Shown: one piece after another, positions 1 through 11,920 of the stretch
Layout of the letters: the number at the start of each line of letters is the position of its first letter
Position numbering within the stretch: position 1 is the stretch's first letter
Source of the DNA: Chrysomallon squamiferum
Lineage: Eukaryota; Animalia; Mollusca
Assembly: GCA_012295275.1 (NCBI GenBank)
Contig: CM022666.1
Coordinates: 10,230,001 to 10,294,000 of the forward strand
Length of the DNA stretch: 64,000 bases
Direction: 5' to 3'
Translations under genes and position numbers: made by a program
Notes under the pieces: generated by a model
What the model was told of the DNA's origin: nothing
Databases searched by the model: none
The model's input: only the letters and a program-made list of their open reading frames with translations

Positions 1-524
1 AAGAAATTAAAGAACAACAGAAGTAATATCATTTCTTAAAAATATGAAAAATTATAAGAATGCTGATTCTGTTGAGTTTACTGTGGAATTCTTCACATTC
101 TTTTCCTCAGATTCTGGGCATTTTATTTTTTGATTAAATAATTACAGCTATACAATTAAAGAAATGTCCTATGTATGTGCAATGATTAAATATTATAACA
201 CATATTCCTAAATGTAATAAACAAAGAATTGGTGTCCTGAAACTCTTTTAAAGTTTACCTATAAAATGTCTTCTGGGTGTAACATGGATAAAAATGATTT
301 TTGATAAAATTACAAACGAAGAGTATATCAGTTTATTAAAGGAAGCTCTAGTGAGGAAAATATTATGTTAATCCATGATAGTATCCTTTATACAGAATAA
401 CATGACATCTCTGGATTAACTTTAACATTACAGACCTTGATAGGAACTGTTCATCATTTATAAGTAGAATGTTAGATATTTTTACTTTTTACACATCAAT
501 TACAAATTGGGTAAAAAATATATA

Positions 525-3376
525 GGGTCATTCTGTGTTAAAACCACCCCCACCCAAAAAATTATTTTAAACCTGACTGTCTCAGATTTTTATGAAACTT
601 GGAATACTTGTTGACTAGGATCCCACAGCACCAAATCCGAAATTTTAGGCCAGTTGGACCGAACATGGTGTGGGAGATATGGCCCCCCCGATATGGCCCC
701 CCGCCAAAATGGGTGTGACCACCAACCTTTGAACCCTCGTATTTCGGGAACTACTGAGCCAATCTTCATAAAATTGGTATTGTTGAAAAGGCAATATGAC
801 AAGGATTCCAAATCTGCCATTATTGTTCAGTTTGAAGACTGTTGGGGTACACTGACTTTTTTACCTTCGTTATGACCCTAAAACTGACCTTGTGGATGGT
901 GAGAACTTGAGATGACCTTTTTTGAAATTTAATCTCCCACATATAAAAGTTTGAGGTGTAATATTCTTTGTTTAGCAGTAACACACATTAAAAAATTGCC
1001 TGTCCATGAAAATAACACCATTTCTGCCATTAACATCTGATTAGCTAAAACCTGAATGACCAATTCCTGATGCTAGGAATCACCATCTCTCTTGATCACT
1101 GAGTAATACATCATAGGCCTACATGCTATGATCATATGATATCAAACTACTTCTCTCACTGCCTTCTCACCAGTTCAGCAGTCACAGAATCATTTGTCAC
1201 CCACTTCCCCCATAATCTTGCAATTCTAGCCTCATCCTTTTTACTCAGGGATACATCCGTTGAAAAGATGCAATAGAAGGTGTATCAATGACACAGAAGA
1301 TGTCCCCGTCACTATATTAACAAGTGTCTTCTTTGTTTGGCCAGTGAAATAATTTAGAAGATCTCTGAGGGTGCAAGAAACGAATGAAGAAGACTCCATG
1401 CTCTTCTGAAATGCCCTCAACTAGTCCAGCCCATGCCTCATTGTCATACAGACAACAGAGTTTTGCTTCTTGGCTTCAATGGAAGGCTCCTCTGGTAACT
1501 GTCGTATCATCCTCAAAATCCTGGACAGATACTAGTTCTGGTGGGTCACTCTGCAGGCTCAGCTTATAGGCATGCATCTTTGACTTAGACTCTGGAACAA
1601 ACTGGTGAAATTGCTGTGTTCCCTTTACCATTTTAGCCACTTGAAACCTCCCTTGTAGTTCCAACTCATGTTTTGCTATGTCTTGTTGAAAAAGTGAATA
1701 CCTGGAATACTCTTGATGTAGAAGTGCATGATAGCGTCAGTGGTCAGAACTGGGTCTGTGTAGGGACGTTACAAACTGGCCTTTGTCAGCAACTTCTACA
1801 CATTCCCCCCCAATTCCATTACAGGCACTTTTCCCATGGCTTGTTTCCAAAAAATTCACCTTCCAACTCAAAGTGCTCTTCATGATGGCACAGGTTAACA
1901 AATTTGTTCTTATTTTTATATGGTCCAGCACAGCCATCAGTGTCATGAAATAGTGCAGTGAACTGAATTGATCTTCAGACTAGTTTTATCTCAGGCATAA
2001 TCACTGTATTACTTTAAAATATAGTAGTCATAGTACTGGTAAATGTACCACTATTTTATATTAGACATGATAGTAGTTGAAGTAATAATAGTAAAAGTTG
2101 TAGTTGTATCAGTGTTTAATACCCATAGAAGTATTTGTATTCCAGTAGTAGTACTAGTATTACTACTACTACTGCCAGTAATAATGATGATGATGATGAT
2201 AACAATAACAATGATAATAATCATAATGATAATTAAAGCAATATTAATGCTACAAGTAGTAGTAGAAATCGTGGAAGTAGTTTCATAGATGTAGAAGTGG
2301 CAATAGGTAGTAGGAGATATAATAGTGATGCAGAGTGAGTGTTAGTATAATTAGTAGTACTAGAAGAAGTGGTAGGATTGATTATAGTGCTAGTAGTAGA
2401 AGAAGTAGTGTCAGTAGAAGTAGAAAAATAAGAAATAGTTATTATAGTAGTTGTTGATATAATGGTGATGCTAGCAGTATTAGAGGTAGTAACAGTATTA
2501 GTGATAATGAAAGTAGCAGTAGTGGCAATGATGGTGACAGTAGTAGTTGTTCTAATAATAAAAGTAGTAACATTAGTAATAGTAATAATGGTAGAAGTAA
2601 TACCAGTGGTGGTGGTGGTGGTGGTGGTAGTAGTAGTAGTGGAGGTGCAGATAATAACAGGAGCCTAGTGGAATTTATAATAGTAATAGCAGTCCTAGAA
2701 GTAACTACTAGTACTGAATGTTGTACATCACTGATAATAGTGTCAGTAGAAGATGTAGTATAGTAGAAACAGTTAGGAACAAAAGGTAGTGGGAATAGAC
2801 AGAGTAGTAGAAGAATTACTAGTAGAAACTTCTAATTGCCATGTGTTCAGTGGGGATTTCACCAGGAGATTTCAAGGAGTTCCTGACATGCCCGAAGCAC
2901 ACTCCCTGTTAACCCTTTCGGCCTGATTGTGTAGAACATCTCTTGCCATTGGCATTTTTTTTATATCCTTCAGACATGTCAGGTGGATTTTGACTCCAAA
3001 GATGAGTTTTTGGTCTCAGAGAAGTGTACACATGTAGAAAATGTACACTGTAATGCACTGTATCAATCATCCGTGCAGGTATGTATTTCTTAAATCTATA
3101 TTGTGGCTAAACAAAAAAAGATTACACCTCTGAAACTTTTATATGTTTTAGTTAATATGTAGGAGATTAAATTTCAAGAAAGGGCATCTCAAGTTCACAT
3201 CATCCACAAGATTAATTTCAGGGTCATAACAAAGGTCAAAAGGTCAGTGTACCCCAACAGTATTCAAACTGAACAATAATGGCAGATTTGGATCCCAGTC
3301 AACAAGTATTCCAAGTTTCATAAAAATCTGAGACGGTTGGGTTTAACCCACTGGGAGATTTGACATGGAATGACCC
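525..3376 (-). mobile_element. Degenerate Sola-superfamily (Sola2-like) DNA transposon with long TIRs
   Basis: Termini GGGTCATTC...GAATGACCC flanked by TATA on both sides. TIR similarity covers about 525-980 versus 3105-3376. A frameshifted transposase on the - strand at about 1500-1945 shows DGCAGPYKNK and TSHGKSACNGIGG motifs. The subgroup assignment rests on recalled terminus/TSD rules. Confidence 0.7.
2020..2830. repeat. Degenerate trinucleotide (GTA/ATA/GTG)n low-complexity tract inside the Sola-like element
   Basis: Continuous gtagtagta/gtggtggtg/atgatgatg runs; the source of spurious poly-V/I ORFs. Confidence 0.9.
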
Positions 3377-5961
3377 TATACAACAATTCAATATCAAAAG
3401 TAATACAAAAGGCTTTCCTTTCATAATAATTTAATTTAGGATGGGGATGCAGGCTAGGTAAACTGCTATTTTATTAGGAATAAAGTTTTCTATTAACTTG
3501 TAAATTAATGATTTAATTAAACTATGATTCTAATTGGTATTAAAAAAAAAAAAAATGAAGTGTCTGTCAGGCAGACTAATTGTTCTAAGGTCATTAATAT
3601 TACCTAAGCTAGTTTATTTTTAGCTTCACCAAATCCAAGTGAAATGTTGGCACAAATGTAAATTCTTTTTAAAATTTATTTCACATAATAAACCTGAAAT
3701 ATTAAAATGCACTTCAATAATGCAAAATTACAAAAAGGTGGGAATTAAAATGATAAACATTTTCAATTTTATGACAGCCTTAAAATGTACATTGATTAGA
3801 AGAATGTCCTGAAAATCCTCAAAATGGGCAACTTGATTTAAATCTAAAACAAAAATATCAGCAAATAATTTGATTGTGTATGACTATTATTTTATAAAGA
3901 ACAAAACCAAACAAGTATTAATAGTTTTTGGAAAAACATTTTGATCAGCTGGGCAAAATTACAATAAAAATGAAAGCAACAAAATATAATTCACATTCTA
4001 AGAATTAATGTTTGGTATAATTAATATAAATAATAAACCATTTTTATATAAATATTATTTCAATACTAGTTTTATACATTACTTACTAAATGAACAGAAA
4101 TGTTTTAACATATCAACAATTTATAATAAAATATACTTCAAATTTCCTTGAATATGCTTCCTTACTGTAAGCATTTAAAACTTTTATACATAATTCAGAT
4201 TATTTTATAGAGAACAGTTTATTCAAATATAAGTTGCTTCAAAATATATATGAGCTATTAAATTCTCAAAAACAAGGTATGCAAATCACAGATTTATTTA
4301 TCATGTATGACCAAATTAATGGGAGCAGTATTATCTCACACCATTTACACATGTAAAAGATTCAAATCTCTCTCTGCTTTAATATATAATTTTGAATAGA
4401 ATTTAACTATTAATACATTTTTGGTTATGATTTATTTGATTAATAGCAATACTTCTATTTTTCATAATAATGCCCTGAAACAATATAACATTTATTTCTT
4501 TAATGTAATATTATTTATCATTTATAGGATAAAATACATACAAAAATATTTAATAAAATAAAAATTAAAAATTAAATGCATATTAATTTTAGTAAAAATG
4601 TTAACTTTGTTATGACACAAATTGAAAAGAGCAAGTTTGTAATGGTTAATCATTAATTTAAATATTATATTTATTGAATGAAAATACTGGACAAAATGTT
4701 CATATTAATGTCAGTAAAACCATTTTATAAAGGAAATTTGAAATAGAAAAAGATATTTTTAACAAAAATTGCAGTTTTAAAATGTAAGAATCAGCTCTGA
4801 CTCAATATTTTTTTTAATTATCTTACTATAATTGAAATTAAAAAGCAAAAAAGAAAGAAAGATGACATAAAAGATATGATTCAGATGAATAACTTGTTTT
4901 GGGGAAATCCACATCTTCTTTTATGTATCTCATAGCATTGTTACCTTTTACTATTCACTTTTTATCTATTTACCTACTCCTCCCTCAATTTTAATAATAT
5001 TATGTGTTATATTTATGTGCTAATGTATTTATACATGTTGTGTGTGTGTGTGTGTGTTAAAAAGATATGTAAGGTAATTCAGAGCCCCAACCCTGTTATT
5101 TTTAATTTTTATTTTGGGGCCAAAATTCATATATGAAATAAAAGTTCATAATTAAAAAAATGATAATTCACGGCATCAATTTAAACTCAGTTATAAATAC
5201 TGCCTTTTGTACTATTTATAGTGTTTGATATTTTAAATATTAATAACAAAAATTTAATTAATTAATAAAGATTATTCTACACTTTGTTTTCACGAAAAAA
5301 AATATAATAATAATAAATAAATAAATAATTGAAAATAAATTTTAAAAAAGATTTTTTTTTGTAATTTAAATGTAATTCACACATACAGTCAAGCTGACAA
5401 TTAACATATATGCTTTTGCTAGCAGGCTATTATTAACATATACTTTTTGGTTTACATGTATAAAGTAACTTCAATAAATAATATTCAGAACATATTGCTG
5501 TTGTGCTGATCTTTATTCTTCATCTAATATAATATGGAAAATGAAAACATGTTCTTTTATTGTTGAGTTTTTATCATTTTTACTCCATTTTAATTACAGT
5601 TTATGGTTCTTTTGCAGAGTAAAGGGACACTGTATTATGTTGCCAAAGAGGGCTATATTAAGTGAGGGTGTCTGCAGCAAACAGTGCATCAACGTATTTG
5701 CTGCAACAGCCATAATGAAATTTAATCAGTGCTGCAGTAATGTCTTACCATGTGACAGATGGCAACATTGTACAAGGAACTGCTACTGTCTAATTACTTT
5801 CTGTTTAGTTAAGCAATTTCAGTTACAATGCAATGTTGTGGCATATTTCTATTTAAACACTTAGGAGGTTTTAGGGTAACCAAGAATTAAAGTGAAATGA
5901 TTTGGGGTGGCTGGGTTGCTGCAAACAATTCTGATTCATTGTATGAAAATTGATCACTTAC

Positions 5962-6078
5962 TGCCATGGAGTCGACCTCACTGTGAACAGCAACAGTTTT
6001 TATTCCTAGTCTTTTGCAGGTTTTAATAACTCGACAAGCTATTTCTCCTCTGTTTGCAATCAGGATTTTCTCAAATTG
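5962..6078 (-). CDS. PCCA: PCCA-like exon 3 (biotin carboxylase N-terminal motif)
   Basis: 117 nt, tttatttag|CAATTTGAG...GCA|gtaagt; [39 protein letters not shown]. Confidence 0.93.
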
Positions 6079-9000
6079 CTAAATAAACACAAAATTGTAA
6101 AGTACATCATATGATATGACTTGCAAGCTTGTACATATAGTTTAACAAACATGTATCCAAAAATATGTGTAAGGCCAATTATTTAATTTATTAGGATTGT
6201 GAACATGAAATCAAAATGTTTACTCATGCAAACACTGAAAATCATAGGTGAGCATGTTCACACATACAAATACAGTGGTATCTTGACTTACAAGTTTAAT
6301 TCGTTCTGTGACCAAGCTCATATCTCAATTTGCTCCTATATCAAATCAGTTTTCCTAACCGAAATTAATTGAAATACCATTAATCCATTCCAGCCCCTCA
6401 AAAACCACCCCAATGTTTTGTAATATGTTCTTAAATTAAAAAAATGTATTTATAAATGACAAATATTGTATAAAAACAAAATAAAAGAGAATGTAAAGAA
6501 ATACATTGGTTTTGTAAAGTTTATTTATATTGGACGTCAGACAAATTATTTTAATTCTTTTGGCTGGAGATACAGCCTTTATCAACTCCTTCACCTTCAG
6601 TATTGTACATATCGTTGAAGTACTACGCTTGTACTGCCTAGCCAAGTCGACTACATGCATACCTCGCTTGTGTTTTTCTATGAATTCAAGCTTTAATTCA
6701 ATGGACATCATCCGCTTCTTCTCAACACTGTCCTTTGCATTCACTTTCTTAGGATCCATGGCCAGAAAAAAGAAATTTGGCAAAACACTGCACAAAACAC
6801 AACAGAGATGCTTCCGCAGGAAGTTAACCACGTGAAGTAAACAAGTGACACACGGGATTCTGGCTGGATGTTATGTTGTTTGTTGTGCCAACTAGCAGTG
6901 GCATATATAAAGCTCAGTCATAACTCGGATCTTGGCTCGCAACTCAAAGCAAAAAATCGACCAGATGGCTGCTTATAACTCAAAAAACTTGTAATTTGGG
7001 GCACTCATAAGTCAAGGTACCACTTTATAATATACACTGACATATTTGGAGCTGGAATTTCTATTTATGAATCACAATGGTTATTTAATTTTAATAAAGT
7101 GTTACAGTTTGGATATTATACTTATGATTAGAGAATGTTACTTACTGTTTCTCCATTTATATATTTGTCATTCCAATATTCACATTTACACACAAAGGCA
7201 GTAGTGTACAAGTTACTTCTAAGATTGTAACTTAATCGCTGAAAGAAAACAAATCAATGAAATTCTAAATGTTGTATTAATTCAATAAATTCTATTTCTT
7301 ATTATTTGTTTACTATTTTTATTTATTTTATCTATGTCACAAACGTTTATTTTAATATATATGGATGTGACAAAATTTTCAAATTTATTTTCCTAAAACA
7401 TTATATATCATTAAAAATCGCATAAAATGCATATTAAAATGACACCAAGATCTCTTTGATTGGATTTATACAAAAAAGTTACAAATTTTTATCACAATAA
7501 AATTGTGAGTTTTTTCTTTCATAACCTTAGGAGAACTTGTGATTCATTTCTGTCATTTGCAGCAAACACTGAATATTTCATACAGCTTTAATCCAATACT
7601 CAAAATAGGCATGTATTACATATCAAATTGAAGCTTTTGATGAGTTCTAACCAAGTTGCTACTATACATGAATTTTAATTAATTAATTAATCAAACAAAT
7701 TAGCTCAAATTTAATGTACATTTTAATTATGTAATTCCCAAAAACTCAATATATAAAAAGACCATTCTTCAAGACTAATGAATTGTAGGGGTCTTTACAT
7801 ATTCACCTATTTTGCTAACATTCATTTTTTACTAGTTAATTAACAGCATTAAGTAGTGTTAATATGATTTAAAGACTCATATTTTACATATATATTATGT
7901 ACTACATCATTATGTAGTAACCTCACTGTGGTGCCTGGATGAACATTCTTAGAATGGCCAAAAATGGCACAACTTCTCGTATGAGGCACCTGTTTATCAC
8001 AAGGTGCAACCTGTGAAGTGGATGATGGGATCTTGGTGGTTGAATCATGGTTAATATCTGCAACCAAGCACATTGCCACGTTGGCCTGGAGTTCATATAG
8101 ATGGGAGATCAGGTTCAGCCTGATCTGATCAACTGGCTGGTCATGCCAAGCTAAAGAGCTAACAACCATTGTTTTATTTATTTTTGTCAGGAGCAAAGAT
8201 GGTAACTTGAAGTCTGTATCTGTTGCTCTTGGGATGGTGGTTAGGATTAATCAGGTGATTTATATTTTCATTGCCTGAGTATATCAACCTGTATCCCTGG
8301 CATTACTGTCTGGTGGTTATCCAGACTGTCTGCTGGACTCAGTGGAGGCATGGTTAATGAACTTCAATTACTCAGTTATGACTGAACTTAAAAATAAATT
8401 TAACTCAACTTTATTCTGACTTTTAATGTGCCCACACTTCCAGATTTTTTTAAAGCGAGATATTTGCACCTTTCTGTGTACTGTACATTCCAAATTTTCT
8501 ACAATGCTTTAAATGTCACAAATATGGGCACGGACAGAATACATGTCAAAATGATATGGCATGTATCAATTGTGGAGGAAAACATTTCATGTACTCACGA
8601 GAATGCCCAAGGTTGCAACTGGAAAAAAAATGGTACAGCTTATTAAAGTGGAAAGAAAACTGTCATTCCCTGAGGCTAGAAAATTGGCAAAGTCATCTTC
8701 AACAGTGGTACCAAGTAAATCATGTTGCCGTTGTTAGGGTATCTACAGCCAACATAGTCATTCAGACTGGCTTAACATGGTCAAATGGTGTAGATAAATT
8801 TAAAAATATTTCTGATATTGAAAAAACAAAGAAAAAGAATGCTAAAGCAACCACAAAATATTCTAAATTGGTACACAATTCTTTGGATTCTGAAAATCTT
8901 TCAAATGGCTTATCTGCTGGACTGCCAGGTCCCAGCAAGCCTCCTGTGGAAAAGAGACCAAGAAACAAAATAAGAGTCTTCTGCAGAAAGATTAAAGAAA

Positions 9001-11426
9001 GCTGAAAAACAGCTGATTCTGACCAATAATCCTTACAAAATGCTGGCTGATATGGATGATCTAATGGATATATCACAAAATCATCTACAACCTCGAAAAT
9101 CACCAAAAGAAAAGTTAAACCCCATATAACCTCCTAATGACTAATTCAATCATTCAATGGAATTGCCGTGGGCTTATGGCCAATTTTGATGAATTGAGCC
9201 TTTCTGTTGTTAAACATAATCCCCTTGCAGTGTGTCTTCAGGAAACTTTCCTTAAAGACACTGACTCTATTATTGTTAAGGAATTTAACCTCTTCCACAA
9301 ATTCCAGGAAACTGAACACAGAGCATCTGGTGGTGTTCTATTCTTGTTAATGAAAATATTCCCCAGAGTGTACTTAAATTAAATACCAACTTACAGGCTG
9401 CAGCAGTTAAAGTCGCAGCTCATAAAACTATAAAATTATGTTCAATTTATTCACTTCCTCGCTATCATTTCAATTTCAAGACTTCAAGATCTCATAGAAC
9501 TCCCATCTCCTTTTACTTCTTTTTTTCAATGGCCATCATACCTTGTGGGGATATAAAGAGGTTAATCATAGAGGTGAAGAATTTTATAGGTCTATTGTAA
9601 GATCTAAATTGGATTATGGATGAATTGTATATGGTTGGCATGCAGTTCTTACCTGCAGGTGCTAGATCCCAAACACAACCATGGGCTTAGGCCTTGTTTT
9701 GGTGCATTCAAAACATCTCCTGTGCAGAGCGTGTTTGCTGATGCACACAAACTTTGTTTGGATGCTAGACATGCAAAGCTTTCTGTCCAGTATGCTGCTA
9801 AGAGAAAATTGTTACCAACACATCCTACACATGACACTGTATTTGACAACAAATATGTGAGATTGTTTGATGCATGGCTAAAGGCAATTAAAACATTTGG
9901 TCTTCACATCAGGAAGTTTTCAACTGTTTGCAATGTTGATATCTTATAAATTTTGCAAACACCTATGCATCTTGTTTTTTCACCATAGTGTGTTAAACCA
10001 ACAAACATTGTGCTGGATCTTGTGCATCTTTGAAAAGATAGCATAGATCCTAGTATTTATCATCAATTTTTCATGAAAATAAAAGAAAGAATCCATGATT
10101 TTATCCCTGTTTATACAGATGGATCGCAGAATGGGTATTCAGTGGCTTGTGCTGCAGTTTTTCCATCAGAAATATCTTTTTCCATGAGGTTGCCTGATTC
10201 ACCATCAGTTTTCTGAGGTTCAGGCAATCCTTAAAGCCATGGAAAAAATTGAACATTCCTTTGCATCCAAATGTATTATTTTCACAAACTCACTTTCGTG
10301 ACTTCATGTTTTACAGACAACAAATTTGTAGCATACCTTGATTGTGATGGTTATACTAAAGTTTGTCTTATTATCTAATGCCAATAAAAATATTGTTTTT
10401 TGTTGCGTACCCAGCCATATTTGCATTGCTTGCAATGAAAAGGCAGACTCTGCTGCCAAGTCTGCTTTAGATTTTTCTGAAGTCAAGGTTGGCGTACCTT
10501 ACAATCATTTTAAGCATCAAATTCACAAATATATTTTTTTAATTTGGCAGGATGATTGGAACAGTATGATTGCAAACAAGCTCCATTCTCTGAAGCCAGT
10601 CCTGGGAGATTGGCAGTCCTCTTGTAGGCAGTGCATGAAGGATGAGATAGTCTTGTGTCATGCTTGCATCAGTCATACTTGTTTGACCCATTCATTTATC
10701 CTGAATAATGCTCTGACAATGCGCCACATTTTGGTGGAGTGTGATTATCTTAGGCAGATATATAAGGATGTATTTGGTCAAATAAATGTGATGGAATCAT
10801 TTCGATTTCTTCCTGAACTTGTTTTAAAATTTCTGAGTTACAGAATTTTACCATATATATTATAATTTAAATAAACTTGATACTTTTTGCACTGCTCTTT
10901 ACACTACACTTCGACTAATTTTGAATTCTTATATAGAATATATTAACCATTTTGTTATATTTAATTTTGTTTGACACACAGTAGCCGATTATTTTTGTAC
11001 AGGGTGTCGTTAAACACTCAATCTTTCATTCATTCATACGTCATGATATTTGTTGTTTATGAAATTATGTAAAAAAAAATAATGACGAAACAGAAACGCG
11101 TATGAAGGAACCCTCTTCAAGGTAAGGAAAACGGTCAGTCAGGCTACCTTCCGCAGCGGCGTACTTATCTTACGTCTTTTGCAACATACCTTCTTAATAA
11201 ATCTTGATTACATAATTAAATTGTAATACGTTTTACTTCAGTTACTTTGTAACTCAACTGTGCAGCAGAGAAATGATATTTATTTTTTTACGACTGTAAT
11301 TTCACCCCCGTATATAACTGGTATACACTTATTTAATTTATCTCTAACCTGTCTTGGGTTCAAATATGCTGCTACGGTGACTTTTGAAAAATGCCTCAAA
11401 TTCCAAAAGGTGCTGGACGCGGCCAT
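5962..11426 (-). CDS. PCCA: Propionyl-CoA carboxylase alpha chain, mitochondrial (5' part; exons 11426-11349, 7238-7146, 6078-5962; continues left of the window)
   Basis: Three phase-0 exons with GT-AG borders give [26 protein letters not shown] / [31 protein letters not shown] / [54 protein letters not shown] is the biotin-carboxylase N-terminus, and [12 protein letters not shown] favours PCCA over MCCC1. The first exon is basic and lacks acidic residues, like a mitochondrial presequence. No further exon was found in 1..5961. Confidence 0.85.
6273..7025 (-). mobile_element. Tigger/pogo non-autonomous deletion derivative
   Basis: TIR CAGTGGTATCTTGACTTA...TAAGTCAAGGTACCACTT with TA flanks; retains only the CENP-B/psq HTH start [30 protein letters not shown]. 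Confidence 0.85.
7914..11036 (+). mobile_element. Degenerate I-group (Nimb-like) non-LTR retrotransposon with RNase H, internally deleted
   Basis: ORF1 zinc knuckles [14 protein letters not shown] and CINCGGKH (about 8505-8610). ORF2 APE start [13 protein letters not shown] (9137), RT C-terminus RSKLDYG, RNase H YTDGS and VPSH..GNE-like [10 protein letters not shown]-terminal RHILVEC. (TTCA)n tail; probable 11-bp TSD tacatcattat / tacgtcatgat. Confidence 0.85.
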
Positions 11427-11920
11427 TTTGTTCCAAAATGTCACGTGATTCAGATTTTTTGGATACAATCCTAAATAATAATATACAATTTTATTTATTT
11501 TTCATAGGCTAATTAGCTTTCAGTTTTTTGTTTATGTTCACATATTAGTCTATTATTGTATATTTTTAACGGAATCATAATAGCGTATTAGCGAGATGGA
11601 CTCATTACCATAAATACTGCGGTCGGTCGTCTGATGGTTTGTGATGTTAGGAAAAAAGGAGTTAACATTCAAGACCATATTGACTTTTAACAGATGATCA
11701 TAATTTTCTGTACAACAGAGATATCTGGACCATCTAGGATCCTTTACTGAGGTGAGGAATGTCTCTGAAATAAAACAAATTCCACTAAAAGCAGCACATT
11801 TTTCTTCATTACGCCATTTTGTGAAAGTCACAAAGCTCGTTTCCTCGTACATATTAAACATGTTCTTGTTTAGTACCTGACTCTATCTTTAAGTCAATAA
11901 CGTCTAGTCAGAGAGCTGAA
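11040..11920. promoter_or_regulatory. Bidirectional PCCA/USP9X promoter region (CpG-retaining)
   Basis: Visibly more CpG than the flanks. YY1-type GCGGCCATTTTG at 11419-11430 overlaps the PCCA ATG, and a palindromic E-box TCACGTGA lies at 11441-11448. The divergent first exons lie within about 350 bp of each other. Confidence 0.65.
11570..11751 (+). other. Probable non-coding first exon (5'UTR) of USP9X; start approximate
   Basis: Strong donor GAG|gtgagg at 11752 inside the CpG-retaining region. The first coding exon has an acceptor 19 nt before its ATG, which requires an upstream exon. Confidence 0.55.

Noticed and set aside
381-395. GTATCCTTT U12-type donor motif
   Set aside because: It is on the + strand with no associated exon. 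None of the reconstructed introns has a U12 donor.
2043-2668. Hydrophobic poly-V/I ORFs resembling membrane proteins
   Set aside because: Translation of a (GTA/ATA/GTG)n low-complexity tract.
5541-5864. 107-aa Cys-rich ORF inside a PCCA intron
   Set aside because: No recognisable motif, promoter or splice support; likely a chance ORF.
7849-8196. - strand ORF considered as a PCCA exon
   Set aside because: It is antisense to the LINE 5'UTR, and PCCA exons 1 and 2 join in frame without it.
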